Positions 39,611 to 51,476 of a DNA stretch of 64,000 bases are shown here, one piece after another; the stretch's first letter is position 1; every line of letters begins with the position of its first letter. This DNA is from Haliotis rubra. Lineage: Eukaryota. The position numbers were made by a program, and so were the translations under genes. Under the pieces are notes generated by a model that was not told the DNA's origin, made no database searches, and worked only from the letters and a program-made list of their open reading frames with translations. The stretch is taken from contig NW_025765303.1 in assembly GCF_003918875.1 (NCBI RefSeq), positions 1,550,001 through 1,614,000 on the forward strand, in the 5' to 3' direction.

Positions 39611-40779
39611 TCTGGTTACGGAATGGGACGAGTGGTTACGAATGTTCTTGGAGGTTACGGAAAGGGGCGAGTAATGACGAATGGTACGGATATAACGGAC
39701 ACAACTCCGTGCAGCTATTCACGATCCCTTTCCAGTTGAGCACGGTATCCTAATTGAGTCACTGCTGTCGAGTAGAAATACCTAACCACTTATATTCCTG
39801 CACATCTGCACAAATCTTCTGCTCTGCTAAACACCTTAATGTAATTTCCCGTGAAGAATGCACGTTTTATGTTCTCGTGAAACACCCGTTATACACCCGG
39901 AAACCCTCTCTCCGTGGGAGAATTACATTTAGCGCTGACAACAACAAATTCTTTTTAAAGCTTATGAAATGAGAAAACATTAAAAGCAGTTTTAAATGAA
40001 GTTAGAAATTCGTAATTGTGCGTTACATAGTCGAGAATCGACCAGAGCCATTTCGATCGGTATAACATGAACATACTTATATTTTAATTAAGGCTCTTAA
40101 CTAGAAAACAAGTAACGTTTTCGACAGGGGGTAACTGTGTGTTACTTCATGCAGTGCAAAATGTTAGAGTGCTCTAGACCTAAGGAATAAGTAAGTGGGT
40201 AGGGTTCATAAAATTCCAGCAATATCACGGCGGGGAACACCAGCAAACGGCTTCACACAATGTACCCACGTGGAGAAATGAACCCATGTCTTTGGCGTGA
40301 CTGGAGAACGTATTAACCACTAGGCTGCGCTACCGCCCCATTAAGGTAATACTGCTATTCAACTCAAACCTTCCGTCAATCACGACCGGTACACGAAACA
40401 AGTTTGGACCATGAGTGTTATTGTCGAAATATGTTGTTTTTTTCGGTCACACCAATTACCAGATTTCTCATTATTCCCTCTGGGAGTCAGTCCCCTACCG
40501 TGACATGGTTTGGATTGGATACAATCCTGTTAACAACACAAACCCAGTTTCAAAAATGCAAATAGTGTCATGAATAGCCTCGACGATAATAAAGCCACAC
40601 ACTCTTTTTATAACAAATAAGTATAAACGACTGTGTTAAGAGCGAGGATGGTGACATATATTGTCTGACGATTATGTCAGATATCTTGGTTCGCATTATC
40701 AACAACACCAAAAGAATATGAAAAGGCGGGCACAGCATACGAATTGTTGGTTTGGACTTTATTACGAGAGTTCAGCAAT

Positions 40780-41450
40780 CCTATGTGAATTGGCTAAACC
40801 TCTCTCTTCTGTCTTGCCACGTGTAATAACGTTGCATTTGTTGAGTCCCAAGGGCATCAAATATGTGTTACAAAGAGGAGAACCTGTCTTTTCTGTGTCT
40901 CCCTTAGTAAGACGTCATCCATGTAAAGGGAAGTGAATAAAAGGGATCTATGCTGAGGAGAAGATAATGATCTTCTCTTTTAAGTAAAAGGCTTAATGGA
41001 TTTAGTGACAGGCGGAAACGTAAAGGACAAAATGAATCGTTCCTAATGACCTCTTCTAATGGAAATAGTTTCTGGAAAAGGATGCCAGCACTTACCCTCA
41101 AGTTGAGTAAAACAAGTAATAACCTTAGGCGGTCACTGCATTCTAGTGACCTCAAAGTCCCTTCGCGAGGTTCAGAATCACAAACTTTCCTGTAGTCTGT
41201 CCAACACATTGAGAGAAGAAGATGGTGCATGGCTTTAACCAACAATTGATCCTTGCAACCCGAGCATCCCTTTCTGCTCCATGTTGATGTTATCATTGGA
41301 GGTGCAGTATGACGTCACAGGATCCGTAAGACACTCAGTGAATATTTTGTAGTGACAGATAGTAGGGCGTCTTGGGAGGGAGGTCAGTCAGTGCCTATTT
41401 TGGGGAATATTTTGTATTTTCCGACCTTTGTATAAACAAAGAAGAACCCA
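40780..41450 (-). mobile_element. Decayed R4-type reverse transcriptase fragment
   Basis: EQKG..GCKDQLL, LSMCWTDYRKVCDS (cf. WIDYKKAYDS), NDSFCPLRFRLSLNPLS (cf. QGDSLSPL.FCL.LNPLS). Confidence 0.7.
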
Positions 41451-41699
41451 CTCTGTATCCACGAGAGAACAGTGAAGTAATGGTCTTTGGGAACATTTTC
41501 CAATACCGGTTTCGAAAACCATTTACAGTTTGACGTTTTTATTACCCTACTTTGGGTTGCAAGGATTATCCACCAGGAGAAGGGGCAAGAACTAGCCCAG
41601 AAACGTCGTACAAACAAAGAAGTTGCTATCCATAAGATTTGTCTTGTATTACTACACCGACTTCTAAATGCCTTTGAAGAATTTACCCTACTTTTATTA

Positions 41700-42700
41700 C
41701 AACTTATCATTTTACAGATGACATGCAGCAGAGAGGGTTCGAGTGATCCTGGCACAGTCAGGCTGGTAAGGCTCATCATCAGCTCAGGGCTCTTGCGCCC
41801 TCTACACGCAGTTCAGACAGCGAATCGGACTTCTCCCAGGAAACACTGCTTTGTCGAACCCACCAAGAACTTTTCGGAGAATATGAAGACTCCCCAACAC
41901 TGCAGCCTTCTGTATTACCCAGAGTGTCAGAAGGGCTGTGCTCCCGGTGGAGTACCCAGACACTCTCCAGATCTGCGCCAAGAGATCAGAGGTACCAAAC
42001 CAAGGGCACCGAAAACAATGGGGAGTGTGACGACAGTGTACTTGGGATGCAAGCGAGACATTTCAAAGGCGAGGTCTGCATATTTAGCATGCTTTTCCTA
42101 AATCTTGCCAATCACATTGCTGTCAAAAGGGACCGAAAATTCAATGGTATAAATAAATTCATTGGCTTTTTCAAAAAGGACAAGATCAGATTTGTTGACT
42201 GGAATTCATATGAGGCTGTGTATGTGCCTACTCCAAAGAAGTTTAAAAGCATCATTTTCCATGACGCCCTGGGTCAGGGTCGAAACATGGATGGACCTCG
42301 GAGTCAAAGCCACAGGCAGGGCGAAGACGGTAGTAGAAACAACGAGCCATGCCATCATGTCTTTTAATACGGTCTTTGTAAATTCATTGCAAAGTCGACA
42401 TTTCATACTGATATAGGCAAAGGAGTCGGTGAGATTGCTATTATGTTCCACACACTGCATGTACACACGATGCAGTGGTTCTTCTGAAAGCTTCTCAACA
42501 AATGACCGACTCTGGGCAGACTTGGCGAAGGACTTCACCTGGTTGACTCCCATCGCTGTACCGTCCAGCAGTACATCGCCATCACTAAAATCAACCTCAA
42601 ATTTCAGATGCTGTCGAACAACCTTGGCACGCTTACAATAGCTGTGGAAATAGTTGCTTTCACCATGATTCTTGACATGCATCACCAGAGGATTATCCAA
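41700..42700 (-). mobile_element. 3' part of R4/Dong-like RLE non-LTR retrotransposon
   Basis: PLHRVY, MKCRLCNEF knuckle, and the same C-terminus and 3' UTR (ctgactgtgccaggatcac) as the 21803 copy. Confidence 0.8.
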
Positions 42701-43190
42701 TAAATAAATATGTGCAAAAATACACCATAAAAGTATGATTTATTACTACCTAAAATCCCAGCTGAACAATTATTTGCATATGAAAGGGCTGGGGCATTTG
42801 AGAGAGGAACAGAAACCCAGTCAACATAAAAACATACGTGTAAGTTGTGGAGGTTATATGGATCAATATCTATATATCAGAAAGTTTGAGCTGACCTACC
42901 TTTCAAACCGATGACAACTGTACTCTGTGTGTCCCCGGGTAGATTGGGCATGGTTTTATACTCCAGGTTCGAGCAGTACAATGTGGTATTACCACAGCCA
43001 ATAGACCGTGTAGCTGTCCGTTGGAGATATTTACCGACAGGAGGATTTGGATGTATTCACTGAGCCGTAACATTATTTATACCGTACCTTCCCTTATCAG
43101 AGACCGTGGTCCCAGCCCAAATAAAACTTGTCAATTAGTAGTAATAGTTGGTTTAACGCCGCACGCAGCAATATTCAAGCCATATGGCAG

Positions 43191-43244
<54 letters not shown>

Positions 43245-43293
43245 TGGTTTTGTTTGTTGTTTAACGCCGCAGTATTCCATAACATAGCCATAT

Positions 43294-43504
43294 NNNNNNN
43301 NNNNNNNNNNNNNNNNNNNNNNNNNNNNNNNNNNNNNNNNNNNNNNNNNNNNNNNNNNNNNNNNNNNNNNNNNNNNNNNNNNNNNNNNNNNNNNNNNNNN
43401 NNNNNNNNNNNNNNNNNNNNNNNNNNNNNNNNNNNNNNNNNNNNNNNNNNNNNNNNNNNNNNNNNNNNNNNNNNNNNNNNNNNNNNNNNNNNNNNNNNNN
43501 NNNN
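43294..43504. other. Assembly gap (N run)
   Basis: Run of n bases flanked by (GTA)n-like repeats. Confidence 0.99.
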
Positions 43505-44037
43505 AGTAATAGTGGTTGTGGTGGTAGTGGTAGTGGTTGTAGTGTTAGTAGTAGTCGGAATTCAAAATGATGATGTTCTGTGATAAAGTTCAGGTGAACA
43601 GAACAAAGGAGAGGGGAGTGGGGGCCGGGGAGTGGGCCTCATTAGGCAGTTTACGGTACAGTAATACTATTATCGATCTCATGGATATGAACACGTCAAC
43701 ACGTGTAGATCTATTGTGTATTATGACTAAGTGTCTTAATGGCTTGCATTATGTGAAGGCATCACGGGTCGCCCGGCAAGTCCCTGATTACACCAGTCGT
43801 GTGATGGAGTAATGTAATCATATACAGTAGTTAAGTAGTGATCTTTGATACTTGAGTGTAAAATGAACCACTCATCAAAATAAAATTGATTATACACTAC
43901 ACATTACGCCCAACAACCCATAACAACCCATAACTCAATAATCAACCCTCCCACACAGTACCACAAAGCCCAACTATACACACTTATAAACTATGGTCCA
44001 GTATGCTACTATGTACCGTATCCCCCAGGCGTCACAG

Positions 44038-44720
44038 ACCAGTGAAGATCCGGGTTAGAATTGGTCTTCTGTAACCCATCCTTGTCGTAAGAGGCGACTA
44101 ACGGATTCAGGTGGTCAGGCTTGCTGACTTGGTTAACACATGTCATCGTATCCCAATCGCGTAGATCGATGCTCATGCTGTTGATCAGTGGATTGTCTGG
44201 TCCAGACTCGATTATTTACAGACCGCCGCCATATAGATTGATTGATTGATCATTAATAGTTTAATAGGTGTTCGGACAACTAGGCTCATTTACACCTTGC
44301 CCATCATAAAGGTTTGCTAGGTTTCTAAACTTATATAAAGTAGTAAAGCTGCCACACGCTTTAATACAATCAAGAATGACATTCTGAACATCGCGAACGA
44401 TATCCTTGAGCACAGTAGTCCAGCCAAAGAAATGGCAATACAGAGCTTAAGACATTCCACCATCCTCTTACGATGATTTACATATTCTTGGCAAAGGAGT
44501 AAATAATGCGGCACATTATCTAGCTGTTTGCACACGGAACCATTCTCAAAAATATCTTCATTAATAATACTTAGATATGCACCAAGACTATACTGCCCAT
44601 GACGAAGTCTGGTTAAAAGAACCTCTTCTCTCCGATTTTTTTAAATACGTGTAATTTAGACAGAGCCGCCATATAGCTGGAATATTGCTGAATGCGGCGT
44701 TAAACAGCAAACCAACCCAA
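44038..44720 (+). mobile_element. SINE-like family B interrupted by a LINE fragment
   Basis: Near-consensus copy at 44038-44236. The tail resumes at 44677. Confidence 0.85.
44237..44664 (-). mobile_element. LINE 3' fragment inserted into a family-B SINE
   Basis: 12-bp TSD GCCGCCATATAG at 44225-44236 and 44665-44676. (CAAT)n tail. C..DNVPHYLLLCQEY knuckle. Confidence 0.75.
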
Positions 44721-44912
44721 CATTTCACGACCAAACACTTCGCCAGCACACTATATATATACACACTACGCTCGATAAACAACATGTTACACACGAAAAC
44801 GCACGCAAGCACACACACGCACACACACACACACACACAAACACATCCATACATACATACTGTCAATCTAATTATGGGTTGTATCAAGGAAAGATATTTA
44901 ACTCTCACGTCA

Positions 44913-45057
44913 CGATGGTTAAAGCGTTCGCTCGTCACGCCAAAGACCCGGGTTCAATTCCCCACATGGTTACAATGTGTGAAGCCCATTTCTGGTGTCC
45001 CCCGCCATGATATTACTGGAATATTGCTAAAAGCGGCGTAAAACCAAACTCACTCAC
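44913..45057 (+). mobile_element. SINE family A (co-duplicated with pseudo-exon)
   Basis: Same diagnostic variants and same 3' flank as the 24190 copy. Confidence 0.85.
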
Positions 45058-45086
45058 GGTTAGTATCCTGCTCTGAATGTTTCCAG

Positions 45087-45153
45087 ATATGCGGGTGTTT
45101 TATTTGGAATGAGCAATATGGCGGCCACTACCCCTGGAGCCATTACGCCAAAT
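45087..45153 (+). pseudogene. Isolated third copy of SLC17 exon 10 with internal deletion
   Basis: ttccag|ATATGCGGGTGTTTTATTTGGAATGAGCAAT.. reads YAGVLFGMSNMAATTPGAITPN. Nearly identical to the 24382 copy, with a deletion between two CTGG motifs and loss of the donor site. Confidence 0.8.
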
Positions 45154-46150
45154 TCCGTCAAATATGAGTATAGTGCCCCCTAGTTATATTGATGTTCCCC
45201 GCCGTGATATTGCTGGAATATTGCTAAAGGTGGCGTAAAACCATACTCACTCACTCACTCACTCACTCACAATTTAACCTTCTACCTGAAGTATTCGATC
45301 TTACACTGCACAATTAAAATCCATTGTCTGTCCTTGAATGTTGCCATCAAAGATAATACCCTGAGCTACCACATTAATCTGGACTGTAAATATATGTCAT
45401 ATTATATAAACGTAATCCTTGGAGGTGTTCTCTACAAACAGTCATCTGTCTGGACTTGTCCTTCTGTTCATTATGTTAAATCGTCAAAGTATATACGGAC
45501 ATTAGGTTTTATGCTAACGAGAAACGTAATAATCGTCTTAGTACAGTAACTGTGGTCGTTTGTAGTATTCATACAAAACCTGCCCAGGTAGTATAAAGAA
45601 TTAAAATATATATGTGTGTGTGTGCGTTGGTGTGGCCCAGACTCGATTATTTACAGACCGCCACCATATAGCTCGCGGGGTTGAATATTCTAAGTGCGGC
45701 ATTAAAAGGTTTTATCACAAAGGTTTTATCACGTATTCAGTATGCTGTAACATAACCATTCAAACGCTCAGTATCATCTCAAAGGAGCAAGACAAGGGAT
45801 GTCAGTTAGATATTTGATTTCCGGCATGAAATAGAAAGCAAGGCGATGTTATCTGTATGTTAAAGCTACACGCGGCGTATGTCTAAGTGTTTTATGCACA
45901 TACATACGACTAAAGCCATCTCCATACTAACAACACATATAGGGGAGTCGGGGTGGTAGAAGCGTTTGCTCGTCGTGGCGTAGGTCCGGGTTCAATTCCC
46001 CACATGAGTACAATCTGCGAAGCCCGTTTATTGTGTCCCCCGTCATTACATTGCTGGATTATTTCTAAAAGCGGCGTAAAACTCAACTCACTCACTCACA
46101 GTACAGTAAAAGGACATCATCAACATGTGTTTATGTATTATTAGAAAAAC

Positions 46151-46262
46151 CTGTTTTAGGATCTGTTTCCGAACTTGTTTCAGGATCTGTTTCCGAACTT
46201 GTTACAGGAACTGTTCCCGAACTTGTTTCAGGAACTGTTTCCGAACTTGTTTCAGGATCTGT
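46151..46262. repeat. 24-bp tandem repeat (TGTTTCAGGAWCTGTTTCCGAACT)n
   Basis: About 4.5 units. Confidence 0.85.
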
Positions 46263-48540
46263 GTGATAGACTTCGTCCATCGGAAACTTCGTTAACTCGA
46301 AATCTTTCGAAAATGCGTGTTGAAAAATGTTTCAAGAAAAGTGGAGTGACCACAAAACTTAGACGCTTTATGTCGATATGTAAATAAAATCGAGTTAAGA
46401 GAAATTGTAACTGTAATTTCGCAGGAAAGGAAATACCAGAAATTCAGATATGTTTTTTTTTGATTGCTGGCTATGTTTTGTTTGAAATTCAACTTTGTTT
46501 ATTGTGGATGAACTAATTCTAAACTATTTTCTGGAAGTGGGTGGCTAGTATGGTTCTAATTATAAAAATCAGTTTTGTGTTAGGAGAAAATTTAATCTCG
46601 AAAGTCGAATTCCGATGTATCGATGTATCGTTTATAAGGATTTCACTGTCGGTCTGGAAACAGTCGTAAGTCGTAATTTCTACTCTTCGTTAAGGAGCCG
46701 TAGCTTTCGCTCGTCACGCCGAAGACCCAGGTTCGATTCCCCACATAGTGAAACCAACTTGTGATGTGCCCCGCCGTGATTTTGCTGGAATATTACTAAA
46801 AGCGGCGTATAACTAAATTCACTCATTGTTCGTTAATGTCAAACTACTGATAATTCGACATTCGATTACCGTTAATTCGAACTATGCGTTTTTCCCCCCG
46901 GAGACCATATAGAACCTGAATAAACGTATGATAATTCAAAATAATCAAAACAAATTATTTACTGAGTGCGTGACATGTTCAAACTCGATAAGGGAGATTT
47001 GTTACAATATATGCGACGTTTCGGTGTAGATGCTAAGACTGTTATCAAACGAGCACAGCTGTTTACATCTACAATGAAACGTTGCCATGCAGAAGCCGCA
47101 TATCCATAGAACCCTCTCCCTTGTTCATCATATCAACTTCTGAATGTCACGCAAAGAAGTCAATCTCGTTTGTCTGTACGTGACCCAAGCATTCGTCATT
47201 TGTGTTATGTACTAAAATGCGTCACTGCGCATTTGGGCACTTAACATTCCACACACACCCAACATATAGAGTGCCGGGAATAACATTTACTCGGTAGCCG
47301 TGACGACCTGTACACTAAGAGAACACAGATAGAAGTATGACAATCGACGTCAAATGAAATCGGGAACATATTGTGCTGGAAAGGTGTTCAATCGGTCAGC
47401 CGTGGCGCCGCTGAGAGCAAATGACGTTGTGTTTGGCCCCATGCGGCGTTGAGTTCAAACGTGATGAAGCAGGTTTGTAAACTACTCATGCGTTGAGCGG
47501 TAAATCTCAAGTGACGTATAGTAAAGATTAAACACGTATTGATGACATTGTATATATTCCACGGGGTATATTGATATAATTAAGGCGTTTATGATAGCCT
47601 ATTCGTGTTGAAATGTTGATGTAAAACATTATTATTGCAGCCTTGACTGGCGCATACTTTCTGAAAGGATATTTATTCATTCATAATTTTGATAAAAACA
47701 AAGAAACACATTTAAATTGAAAAGGCGTTCCAGTGAGGTTTAATATTTTGGACTTGCTTCGTTTGGGATTTAGCATTACAGTAAGGCTAGGTAGAAAGGG
47801 AAACGATATGGTTCAGGGTGTGTGAGAAAAAATATATATCTAAACATTCACAGTGTCGTCTATACAATCGAAATATCAGGTGCACACTCTCTTTAAAACT
47901 TCAAGTTAATATTTCATCGTATCCAAATAAATGCACTTCAAATAATAAGGCGATTGCATTTAATGATGTACTCATACAAATCACTGGTAATTGTGGAGAA
48001 TCATTATTTGAGTGTTTAGCGTATATAACACACTGATGTCCACATGTTTATTCTATGATGATTGAGGGGCGGTGGAGTAGCCTTGTGGTTAAATCGTTCA
48101 CTCGTCACGCACGGGTTCAATTCCTCACATGGGTACAATGTGTGAAGCCCATATCTAGTGTCCCCCGCCGTGATATGGCTGGAATATTGCTAAAAGCGGC
48201 GTAAAACTAAACTCACTCACTCACTTTGATGATTGTCGTTTGGAACTATGGTGCAACTATGACGTAGTCGGGGATATAACCCGTTCCTGGTTCGGTCCAT
48301 ACCTTAGGAAAGATTGCCTAATGCATCCATTTTTCTAGTTGCTTTCAAAAATATGAAATCAGAATCAACACGAACGATTCTAAGTCCTTTTACGAACGCT
48401 TGAAGAGCTTTGTCCACCGCACGGAAAGCTGGGTTTCGTTGTAAAATTAGAAACTCCACATTTGTACCGCCACCCTGTCTGGTGAGGATATCCTACCAGG
48501 TGATGAGCCTTGCTGACGTTCCATCTAGTTGCGGCTCTTT

Positions 48541-48549
48541 GTGTGTGTG

Positions 48550-48637
<88 letters not shown>
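48541..48637. repeat. (GTGC)n microsatellite
   Basis: Seen directly. Smaller microsatellites at 4617 (GTGC), 9557 (TTG), 43200 (GTA) and 55440 (TCAC). Confidence 0.95.
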
Positions 48638-48755
48638 TATTTTAATTATATGTTTATTTTTTTTCATATGTTAACATGGGCATAAGTATGCATAGGTTGA
48701 TAATATTGTTCATATTATATATGAAGTGCAGCTAATATAGGTTTGACTATATCTG

Positions 48756-48918
48756 GGCGGTGGGGTAGTCTAGTGGTTAAAGCGTTGGCTCGTCGCGCCG
48801 AAGCCCCGGGTTCGAATCCCCACATGGGTACAATGAGTGAAGCCCATTTCTGGTGTCCCCCGCCGTGATATTGCTGGAATATTGCTAAAAGCGGCGTAAA
48901 ACAAAACTCAGTCAGTCA
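48756..48918 (+). mobile_element. SINE family A, young copy
   Basis: Near-consensus. TSD gtttgactatatctg on both sides. Confidence 0.9.
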
Positions 48919-49149
48919 GTTTGACTATATCTGATAGCCATAGGGCATAAGTCATTTTTACATTACCCACTATTTTCCAGCAGATGTTTACATATACATA
49001 GGTATACGTAGATACAAAGTACTGTTCATGTTGTATCGACTGTATCTAATAACCTGCAAGGCATAAGTCATTTCTTACATTACATTATACTCTTTGAAGT
49101 TTACAAGTGAATATTGAGCTCACAAACCTAAAAATAGTGTGTGGAAATG

Positions 49150-50745
49150 CGAAGAATTTGGACTGGTTATTGTTTGTACAAGAAATGCATTTGCATGACT
49201 GAAAGTAACTTCATATTTCTTTTTGGATGCTTTTAAAATTGTTTTTTCTCTTTTCTGATCATATTGTAGATATTTTGTTTCACCATTAGACAGATGGCAT
49301 TAAGTGGGTTATTACTTCTCCCCGTGAAACCAAAATAATATCTTCTGGTGTTAAATCAATGTATCCTTCAGCCAACTTTCCTAATCATTTAGCTAACTCT
49401 TTCCACACTTTTTGGGATGAGTACAATCACATAATAAATGTATAACAGTCTCGGGCACATGTTTACAAAACGAACACACAATGCATTAATGTATCCAATC
49501 TTGTGCAAGTGATTATTCGTTGTCAAAATATCCTGAATTAACTTGTACTGAAACCATTTTAGATTAACGCTTTGAGTACATCGATTTGCCATCAAATCAA
49601 TAATTCCCATTCGTTCTGTTGGAAGTCTCTATCAAATATTTCTTCCAATTTAAAGAAATTGGCCATTTGTTTTATTAAATCAAAATTGACATAGTGTTTT
49701 ATAAAAATGTTTACTACTAGCTATTTTGGAAATATTAAAGGGTAAAATAGGGCAGGTAAGTATGTTTTGCACATGTTTAAAAGTGAAATTTCTCTTTTTA
49801 TATATTCAATTATTACTCTTTTAAGCATGAAAGAAAATCAACATCTATATCATATTTATAATTCAGTTTTTTTCAAAGATAATATATTACCGTTATCGTT
49901 TACTGTATTTCTCAAGTGTGTTATTCCCTTTTCTCCAAGGTTTCTGTGATAGACTGTTCTGCCGCCAATCAAAATATTGTTGTTGTGCCACAGAGTGATT
50001 GATTTAGGACATCTGTACTATGAGCTTCATTCTGATAGCAAATTTTTTTAGATAGTCAGACAATGCCTCCACAACATCCCTCCAGAATCTATTTGAAACA
50101 TTGGGTAACATACATCTAATATACTCATGCCAATAATGGTTGTCACACCCCTCCCCACCCCAACCAAAACCACACCCCACCCCCACACACCCTCTCCAAT
50201 AAAAAATTGAAGGGGGTGACAACCATTATTGGCATGAGTATTTAAACACCATCAGCAAGCCATAATCTATGAATATTTGGAATACACCGTGAAGCATTTT
50301 CCATCCATGTAGAATTGTCACACAGCAGTCTTTTAATCCATGCAGGTTTTGGGAATTTTATAATATTTTATTACTATTGGAATATTGAAACATACATATT
50401 CAGCAGTGGTGGTAGCAACCTTTATTTTAAGTTTATCCTTCTTGCCCTTACAAATAAAATGAAAGCATTTCTTCTGAAAAGATGTAATCATGTCATTAGA
50501 TGCGCTTGGTATAGATGAGTAGAGATAATTTAATTTGGACAGTAATAATGATTTCAACACAACATTTCTTCCCAAAGGTGTTAGCAGTCTTGGTTCCCAA
50601 GTTTTCATCTCTCGCTAAAATTTCCCAACCTTGTCAGAATGATTATTGTCTGGATTAGATTCTTGATCAACATCAAATTTGATCCATAACAGATTAAATT
50701 ATGATTGTGACCAATCTAGATTATACTCCTTGCAAAGTTTGTACC
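49150..50745 (-). mobile_element. Decayed L1/Tx1-like LINE ORF2 C-terminal region
   Basis: WEPRLLTPLGRNVVLKSLLLSKLNYL, NRFWRDV, KWFQYKLIQDILTTN..LHKIG and a CxxC motif. Confidence 0.75.
50121..50241. mobile_element. Tiny MITE within the Tx1 remnant
   Basis: Perfect 26-bp inverted repeat atactcatgccaataatggttgtcac at 50121-50146 and 50216-50241. Confidence 0.6.
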
Positions 50746-51476
50746 TTGACCTTTTGTGATTCCGAGTTAAAACTTTAAAAAGTGAGTAAATATTTTATTG
50801 AGTAAAACGAAGATGGGAGGTCTGTTGTCTTGTAAATTCTCCTGTTTATTGGTGAAATGTCACACAACTATATCCCGATCGCTTCATTCAGTCATGGGGG
50901 AACGTTTACATGATTTGCACTCAACTGAGCTGATCAACATGTATGTATGACACTGAATACCTGCTCGGCTTTGTAGAGAGTGCAAAGCTTAAAGGCTACC
51001 ATAATGCTTCACTATGACGCGTGTGTGAGCAATGTGTTAAAAAAGGGCAAAGAAATAGTGCTAGAAAGCTTAATTACATAATGGACCCATGTGTGTTTTG
51101 TAATATGTTAGCATGTGTGTGAGTGAGAATATGCACAATATTTATGTATGTATATAAATTGATAAAGAAGTGAAGTTCAGCAGTGTACAGTAGTATATAA
51201 AGAAATCCGGATGTCAATATAATAAAACACGAATTTCCTTCCTTCGCGTTTCCATTTTATCTTCAGGGATAAACATGTCTGAAGATAGAGTTGAATCGCG
51301 TTGGAGGGGAAAAGGTATTTCTGGGCTAACGAGGTCCAAATGAAAAGCGCTTCACCGTACAATAATAGAAAACCACAGCTCGATTCAAAGTCCGTTATTC
51401 TTAGGTTTTATTTCAGTTTGCTTTGAAAAGGCCTCGGCGTAAGATGTCTATGATTCATACAATGAAACAGACTATA

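Larger units (their letters stand above)
37730..39700. mobile_element. Older TIR element hosting the 37975 MITE and a family-C SINE
   Basis: 37819-37869 (ctcgtccctttccgtaaccagaaag..ctcgtagccat) is the reverse complement of 39213-39253 plus 39622-39631. Confidence 0.65.

Noticed and set aside
44038-44110. Assignment of the family-B head to HDV-like or pistol ribozyme classes
   Set aside because: The order of pairing strands does not fit either topology. Kept only as an unclassified candidate.
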